64,000 nt of DNA, from positions 9,548,001-9,612,000 of the forward strand of contig OZ024757.1 in NCBI GenBank assembly GCA_964016885.1. The letters run 5' to 3'. Shown piece by piece: positions 56,137 through 64,000 of this stretch (within the stretch, counting starts at the first letter, position 1; every line of letters starts with the position of its first letter). Made by a program: the position numbers and the translations under genes. The DNA comes from Eledone cirrhosa (lineage: Eukaryota). The notes under the pieces were generated by a model. That model was not told the origin of the DNA and did no database searches. It saw only the letters and a list, made by a program, of their open reading frames with translations.

Positions 56137-56532
56137 CTGTACAGTATATATACACTATATATATTATACAGTATATATACACTATATATATTATACAGTA
56201 TATATACACTATATATATATTATACAGTATATAAATTATACAGTATATATACACTATATATATTATACAGTATATATACACTATATATATTATACACTAT
56301 ATATATTATACAGTATATATACACAGTATATATACACTATATATATTATACAGTATATATACACTAGATATATTATACAGTATATATACACTATATATAT
56401 TATACAGTATATATACACTATATATATATTATACAGTATATATACACTATATATATTATACAGTATATATACACTATATATATTATACAGTATATATACA
56501 CTATATATATTATACAATATATATACACTATA
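56137..56532. repeat. ~27-bp AT-rich minisatellite
   Basis: Unit TATACAGTATATATACACTATATATAT. Confidence 0.9.
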
Positions 56533-56539
56533 AATATGT

Positions 56540-56722
56540 CCAAGAAAAAGGCTATGGCCGATACAGCTTGGCACCAGTAACATCACAACTCATTTCTACA
56601 GCTGAGTAAACTGGAGCAACGTGAAATAGAGTGTCTTGCTCAAGGACACAACACATCACACGGTCCGAGAAACGAACTCACCACCTTTTAATTGTAAGTC
56701 CAATGCTCTAACCACTAAGCCA
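56540..56722 (-). mobile_element. tRNA-head SINE
   Basis: Minus strand TGGCTTAGTGGTTAGAGC..GAGTTCGTTTC, then TGTGTCCTTGAGCAAGACAC. Confidence 0.75.
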
Positions 56723-57309
56723 GGATACGTTCCAGAACCAACCGTGATATAGAGAGACCATAAAGACAACCGATGTTTTCATAGTTTAAGCCTTAAAATA
56801 CCTCTCATACATGCTTTAAGTACATATAAACTCATTAAAACACACTTTTGTATTTAAACACCAAAAACAGCCAGTAACGATCGTATAGAAACTACCACCA
56901 ACTATCATACCACTAGTTACCAATGAGGACTATTGCCAGCCACGGTAGCCACTTGGTAATACACTGCACATCCCCCGTCAATCTATAAAGGGTTTGTAGC
57001 AGATTAGAGCAAAACACAATCAGTAAAAGAATAATGGAATGAAAAAAATAAACATTTGTTCATAATTAAAGCCTTAAGAGCTCCCTTCCTTACGATATAC
57101 ACTTTAATAACATTGAAACTTATTTAATAAGTTTAAATTTTAAACACTTTTTATTCAGACGTACCGCGATAAGAAACTAGATATGTTCTAACGAATAATC
57201 CGCGATGTGGCGAGGATTACCGCGATAGGAAATTAGATACGTTCCAAAGAAATATCCGCGATGTAACGGGACCGCGAAAAGTGAACCGTGATATAGCGGG
57301 GGATTACTG
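56723..57309. mobile_element. pogo/Tigger-like transposon end
   Basis: Terminus ..GCGGGGGATTACTG|TA with repeated CCGCGAT subterminal motifs; only one end seen. Confidence 0.5.
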
Positions 57310-58112
57310 TATATATACACACACAACATACATCTATCTATATACACACATAACATTTTTTTCGATTTTTTTATATTAAAATGTTGACTGAGGGTGTGAC
57401 AACTGTTTCTTGTTTGAGGTTGTTCCAGTGGTTGAAATATAGACGGAGGTAATTTAAATAATAAAGACAGTCATGATAACAATATATTTTATATTACATG
57501 TAACAGTGGAATCTGATGATTGAAAAATATCACATCAACATTTCAGTTTGGAAGTGTTTTTTCTATATATAAAAGTGGAGGAAGAAATATATTTTTCTAA
57601 TGATGTTATATATATTTTCACTTGTATATAATTACTGGGTCGTTGTAGGGTTCATATAATTATATTATTTACACACATTAATATAGACATTAAGTAAATC
57701 TTTGTCAACTTACCTCCTTCACATATAATCAATGTATTGTGTTGTTAGTTGTTACTAAACAACCAAAGAAATAATCTCTTTGTTATCAAATTAGAAGTTT
57801 CAATGTTATCAGCTTTATTTCACGACATTAACGTTGGTGTATCTTCTTCATCTTTAGTCATAAATTGATATCTTGTCAGAATGAAGTAGTGAGGCTGACT
57901 TTATGTCTTTAGCTACAGATTTGATAGGAAATATATATATATTAGGTTGATATGTGGTCTAAAATATATATATTGTCTATAAATGACTGATAGCAGATGT
58001 TCTGGTGAAATAGTAGTTTTACTACTACAGATTGTAATGGAACTCTTAGTAGACACAATTGTAAAGTAAGAATAGATATGACAGTGTAAGACTGATGTCG
58101 GGGAATTAAAAT

Positions 58113-58144
<32 letters not shown>

Positions 58145-58185
58145 TGTTACACAAGATATAATTAGATTAATTAAAGTTATAATGA

Positions 58186-61066
58186 AGTCTGCAACACTAA
58201 CTTCAAAAAACGAGACAATCACTTGATCACCTACAGATCAGGGGAACATACTAGCCAGGTAGATTATATCCTTACCAGAAGAAGTGACAAAGTGACTGTC
58301 GTAAACACTAAATCCCTCCCCCATGAAGAATGCACTTCCCAACATAGACTGATAATTAGCAACCTAATAGTCAGGACGAGACGAACTAGACAACAGAAGA
58401 GGATTATCCTCAGGAGAAAAATATGGAAGCTAAAGGACCCCACAGCCAAAAATAAATTCCAAAGCATATTATTTGATGCTTTCGACAGTGAGGAAGAGCA
58501 ATTAGAGACGTACAAGGTAGAGGAACAGTGGGAATTCCTGAAAGCAAACCTGCTGACGGCGGCAGACGAAGTCTGTGGCTGGAGCAGGCCTGTAGGCAGG
58601 AGGAGAGTAACATGGTGGTGGAACAGTAAGGTGGAGGGGTCAATTAAGGCCAAAAAGCAGGCTTGGATAGTATGGCGGGATGGGGGAAGAAGAGAAGACT
58701 ATCAAGTGGCCAGGAGGGAAGCTAGGAGACAAGTGTACTTCGCAAGAAGGGAAGCAGAGGAAAGAAAGTTCAAGCATGTTCTACAACGTGAGGACCAAAA
58801 ACGTGAGGTGTTCAGGATTGCTAGGCAATGTGTCAAGGAAAACAGTGATATTGTCGGGGAGAAGTGTGTACTTAACGATGACGGCGTACTTGCCATCACC
58901 GACGCCGATAAGAAGGTAGCTTGGAAGTGTCACTATGAAAGGCTACTAAATGAGGAGAATAAATGGGAGAAAGACAGTCTCCCCCACATCGACCCAATAG
59001 AGGGACCAGCAGTGTTAGTCGAGGGTAGTATAATAAGTAAGGCAATCAAAGATATGAAGACAGGCAAGGCGGCTGGGCCTTCGGAAATAGTTGCCGAGAT
59101 GCTGAAGGCATCTGGTACGGTGGGACACACCATTGTCACCCGGATAGTCAACCAAGTCATACAGAATGGGGTTGTTCCGAAGGACTGGCGTAGCAGCATT
59201 ATCGTTAACTGTTATAAGGGTAAAGGAGATGCCCTAGATAGGAGTAACTATAGAGGCATTAAATTAATCGACCAGGTCATGAAGGTCACGGAAAAAGTAA
59301 TAGCGCAACTAATCAGAGAGCGAATTGATCTAGATGAAATGCAGTTCGGGTTTGTGTCAGGAAAAAGTACCACAGACGCTCTTTTCATTGTACGACAACT
59401 AGAGGAGAAGTACGTAGCTAAAAGTAAACACCTATACTTAGCTTTCGTCGACTTGGAGAAGGCCTTCGACAGAGTCCCCCGTTCCATTATCTGGTGGGCT
59501 CTTAGAAAACTAGGTGTTGAAAAATGGCTTGTGAGAGCTATACAAGCCATGTATAAAGAAACAGTCAGCAAGGTTAGAATTAACAACGAATATAGTGAAG
59601 AGTTTAGTGTAAAAGTTGGTGTTCATCAGGGCTCTGTTCTTAGCCCCCTACTATTTATTATTGCCCTCCAGGCTATAACAGTGGAGTTCAAGACCGGCTG
59701 CCCATGGGAACTCCTATACGCAGATGATCTAACGCTCATAGCTGAATCAATGGCCGAGCTAGAGAAGAAATTCCAAACATGGAAGCACGGCCTAGAATCA
59801 AAAGGCCTTAAAATTAACCTGGCTAAGACTAAAGTTCTAGTTTGTAAGAAAGAAAATAAGGCAGCGGTCCCCTCCGGGAAGTGGCCATGCGCAGAGTGTA
59901 GGAAAGGCGTAGGTAGAAATTCCATTTTGTGTCCCAAATGCAAAGTTTGGGTGCATAAAAGATGTAGTGGGGTCACAGGTAAGCTAACTAAGAACATAGA
60001 TTTTACATGTGGCCGGTGTTCTGGGGCAATAAGTAGCAGCAAGTGCCCACAAAATACTAGCTCTTTCAACTGCGCAGAGGGTTCTATAGAAATAGTGGAC
60101 AGCTTCCGTTACCTGGGTGACAAAATCAGCAGTGGGGGAGGGTGCTCTGAAAGTACAGTAGCTAGAGTCAGAACTGGGTGGAAAAAGTTCAGAGAGCTTA
60201 TACCACTATTAGCCGCTAAAGGGTTCTCCCTAAAAATGAAAGGCAGGCTGTACGATGCCTGCATACGAACAGCAATGTTGCATGGCAGTGAGACCTGGGC
60301 ATTGTGTGCAGAGGATATACGCAGACTAGAGAGAAACGAAGCTTGCATGCTCCGCTGGATGTGTAATAGTAATATACATGAACGACAAAGCATAAACGAA
60401 CTAAGGAAAAAATTAGAAATAAGAGGGATCAGATGTTGTTTACTAGAGAGAAGGCTACGTTGGTATGGTCACGTGATGCGCATGAAGGACGATAGCTGTA
60501 TAACAAAGTGCAGGGCAATAAAGATAGACGGTAGCCACGGAATAGGCAGACCCAGAAAAACCTGGGACGAGCTGATAAACTCCGACCTCACACACTTACA
60601 CCTCACCAAGACAATGTCACTGGACTGAGACCTTTGGCGGTACTCAGTAATAGAGAAGACCCGCCTTACCTAAATACAAAGTAGAACCTACTACAGTCAG
60701 TAGGCATCTCTAACAAAATACACCCCCGTCCCACCACCCCCACCCCATCCACACCGCCCCCTTCTATGTAAAGTTAAGTTGGTGCCATACCATCCAGGCC
60801 GAAACAAATGAGATCGTGTAGGTGTCACGACAAAAAAACACACAGTCCACGCTGTAATGTGGCCGTCTAGGCAACACGTTAAAAACCTCCCAGACCCACA
60901 CTGTAAATGTGGTTGGTGTTAGGAAGGGCATCCAACTGTAGAAAACCTGCCAGACAGTCCTATGCGAGCAAGATAATCACTCTTGCCTCAAGTGGGAAAA
61001 CCCCCGTCCAAACCCATGCAAGCGTGGAACACGGACGTTAAACGTTGATGATGATGATGATGATGA
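58186..61066 (+). mobile_element. Young RTE-clade LINE, 5'-truncated in the endonuclease, with an 801-aa uninterrupted ORF
   Basis: ORF 58223-60628: end of APE (QVDYIL, SQHRL), complete RT (YADD), PHD-like insert, RRLRWYGH; (GAT)n tail at 61046-61064. Confidence 0.97.
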
Positions 61067-61389
61067 CAGCAGGTACTCGGTGTCGTTGAGAATGTTTCAA
61101 CTGTCGTACCGGTGCCTCACGTTAAAAGTCCCTGATATAATTTAACACCTTCAGACACAGTTCCAATAGTATTTAATTGATTGTAAATCAGAAAGTATCA
61201 CTCAATAAAATATCAATTATATATCAATAAGAAAACCTCTACGTAGTCTCTCTAACTACTAGAAATAGCAGCGATATTATCCAATTGTCCAATTATCCAA
61301 TTGTCCAATTATCCAACTGTTCTCTCTCTCTCTCTATATATATTTTTATATATACACACACACATATATGTACGTATGTATGTAAATGT

Positions 61390-62055
61390 GTATACAACTC
61401 TTATGTGTATGTATAAACAACTATTTTATGGAGAGTTAGTTAAAGGAAAACGACCTCCACATAAACCAAAAAAGAGTTATAAGGATTCCTTGAAAGCCTC
61501 TTTGAAAGACGCTAACATCTCTGCTGATACATGGGAAAATGTTGCTGCTGATCGTAATGTGGGATGTGAGGAAGGGCATCACCGTTGCATTTGCAGCGTC
61601 TGCGAGATTTTGCCTCAGCAAAGCTGGACTCGAAAGTCATCTTCGCAGTCACAAAGTAAGACCAGTGGTTGACTACCAGGCTGTGGTTGGAGATGCTACT
61701 CATCATGCCTGCCAAGCATGTGGTAGAGAATGTAAATCAGCAGGAAGGCTCAAACGACATACAAAAGTACATCAACTCCAGCCACAGCCGGCTATTCCCA
61801 GTGAATGTTTTGGTTGCCAACTCTGTGCAAGACATTTTAGATCATTGTCTGGGCTAAAAAGCCACATTCGATCGCAGCGCTGTTAGTTGCTATTGTGTGT
61901 GTGTGTAGATATGGTTATGTGTCTGTGTGTGTGTGTATATATATATATGTGTATGTATATTATTATTGTTGTTGTCATTATTATAATTATTATCATTAGT
62001 TTTTTTTTTCTCGTGCAATGGCCATACTCGATAACGAGGGGCAGCCATCATATAT
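61390..62055 (+). mobile_element. 3' fragment of a second RTE (BovB-like) LINE family with C-terminal C2H2 fingers
   Basis: KQLFYGELVKGKRP..KPKKSYKDSLK..TWENVAADR, then CQACGRECKSAGRLKRHTKVH and CQLCARHFRSLSGLKSHIRS; 3' end CTCGATAACGAGGGGCAGCCATC followed by TA. Confidence 0.8.
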
Positions 62056-62614
62056 GGGTATGTATGAGTGTGTATGTGTGTTTGCACGTATGTATGGTGT
62101 GTATATATGTACATAGGGTTTTGGTATATGTACGTTTGGTGAACATGTGTATTTACCTGTAGGTATGTGAGTGTGCGTTATAAATGCAGTTTTGCGTGTT
62201 TCTGTGTACGTGCATGTATATGCATGCATGCCGTGTGTTTTAGAATATAAACGTGTATCAATGTGTGTATGTATATATTTAAGATTCATGATTTCAATAA
62301 CCTCTGTCATTTTCGTTCTACTAATTAATTTACATTATTCTGAACTCCGAAGCCGAGAAGCATTCAGTTTCCTAAATAATATATTAGTCTACGACTCCAT
62401 TTATACCTTAAACGTGGTTTTGTCTTTGCGTGTAATTGTTCTCACCACTCCACATAACGAGGTATGATCTTCGCTTATTTCCGTTCATTGCAAGGGAACG
62501 TCTTCACGAACCAAACTATCGTCTTCCTGTTTTCGAAATATTTACTTCTACGTTCACAGATTGATTTTTTTCAGTTTCAGATCCCGTTAAGGGTGAAAGC
62601 AGCAATTCCTTATG

Positions 62615-64000
62615 TATGTGGGGTGGGGATTGGAGAGGTAGGTCAGAGGGGTTACTTCGCTGGTAAGGGGGTGGAGTGTTAAGAAGTGGGGAGGAGGAAA
62701 ATTGGGACATACTTTAATGGGAATGCAGGTCTCCTGCAGTACTGTACAATGCCAGAGATTTCAATCCTGTGTCATCACCTTTGAAAGGTTCAATGGTGTC
62801 AGGTCAGTTTTTACCTCCTCATCCCAAGCATTCATAGGTCTTCTTCCATCAATTTCAAGCGGTCAACCTTTTATACAGCATCTCTACCTTCATTCACATC
62901 ACATGTCCATACCACAGCAATCTCCTCTCCAGCATACTGTATCTTATCCCTCTCATGCCCAGGTTCTCTCTCAATTTATTTACACTTTGCTCTTCATGTA
63001 TATTAATATTACACATCCATCGGAGAATTCAAGCTTCATTTCTATCCAATCTTCTGAGGTCCACACTGCAATGCAGCATTGCTGTTCATATGCACACATC
63101 AATTTCGTGAAACAACCTTTTGTAGCTAGCAGCAGTAGTAATAGTAGCACCCTAAACCTTTGCCATTTTGTTCTTACTCTGGTTTCTGTACTTTCATTAC
63201 ACCTACCTCCACTGCTAATTTGGTCACCCAGGTAACAGAAACTGTCAACTGTTTCTATGGAACCCTTTAAATATTTGATAGAATTTGTCTCCCAAAAGTG
63301 ATTGCTTCTTACTGCTCCAGTGCAATGACCCCATGTAAAACCTACTTTCTTAGCTAACTTACCTTGTATCCCACTCTTCTGTACCCATAGTCTCTTTAGT
63401 GTAAATAATGTTTGATACACATAACATGTATGTGTGACCATTGGTTTCTGAGTCCACTTATGGCCACCACTGTTCATTAGGGGAGGCGCTTCCAAACAGA
63501 CCCTTCATTAGGTATGCTGACAAATATATCAAAAGGAAGTTCTTTCCTCCAACAATTTTCACCCAAAACAGAGGAGAGTTTCATTTTGTCAAAAAGGGAG
63601 GTAAATCTTTAGTGGTTGAATTGTCAGGCTTAATTATATGTAATTAGATACACATAGAAGTGGTTGATTGCTTTTACAATCTATGTGACTTAATTAGCAG
63701 TGGAGGAGGCTGCTCTGAAAGATGAATAGCTAGAATCAGGATAGGATGGAAAAAGTTTAGAGAGCTACTGCAACAGTTGACCACAAAAGGTTTCTCTCTC
63801 TGTACAAAAGGACGACTGTATGACACATGTGGGTGATGTGCAATGATGCATGGTAACGAAACAAGGGTGTGACTGCAGAGGATATGTAGACTGGAGAGAA
63901 ATGAAACAACCATGTTTTGTAGAATATGTTATGTAAGTGTAGGGGAAAGGCAGAGCTTGGACGAGTTCAGGAAATCCCAGTAGAAGGAAGCCATAGTAGA
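62615..64000. repeat. Direct segmental duplicate of ~44370-45920 (two old RTE fragments plus their unique junction)
   Basis: Shared junction AAAAGGAAGTTCTTTCCTCCAACAATTTTC..GTCAGGCTTAATTA; matching ORFs 45453-45722 and 63674-63913. Confidence 0.9.

Noticed and set aside
56665-56722. tRNA-like sequence (also 3290-3345)
   Set aside because: A and B boxes are present but there is no complete cloverleaf, and it continues into a repeated body; it is a SINE head.

Overview
AT-rich, microsatellite-dense eukaryotic DNA, most likely a coleoid cephalopod such as Octopus. That assignment is an inference from the tandem C2H2 zinc-finger genes, tRNA-head SINEs and RTE LINEs with (GAT)n tails. Host content is a cluster of three tandem-array C2H2 zinc-finger loci (one intact, two frameshifted), extra duplicated copies of their 5' regions, and two exons of a transgelin/myophilin(MP20)-like calponin-family pseudogene that the ORF track misses. 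Most of the rest is mobile DNA: many RTE-clade LINE copies carrying a PHD-like insert, a CR1-type LINE, three Penelope-like (PLE) fragments, an internally deleted mariner, Helitron ends, MITEs and SINEs. Local direct and inverted duplications expose pre-insertion sites. The most notable signal is a set of about seven hammerhead-ribozyme (HHR) motifs on both strands. Each lies roughly 70-260 nt 5' of a (TA)n/(CA)n tract. Three follow PLE ORFs and four are ORF-less, including a 422-bp direct-repeat-bounded, retrozyme-like unit. All motif calls, alignments and structures were made by eye.
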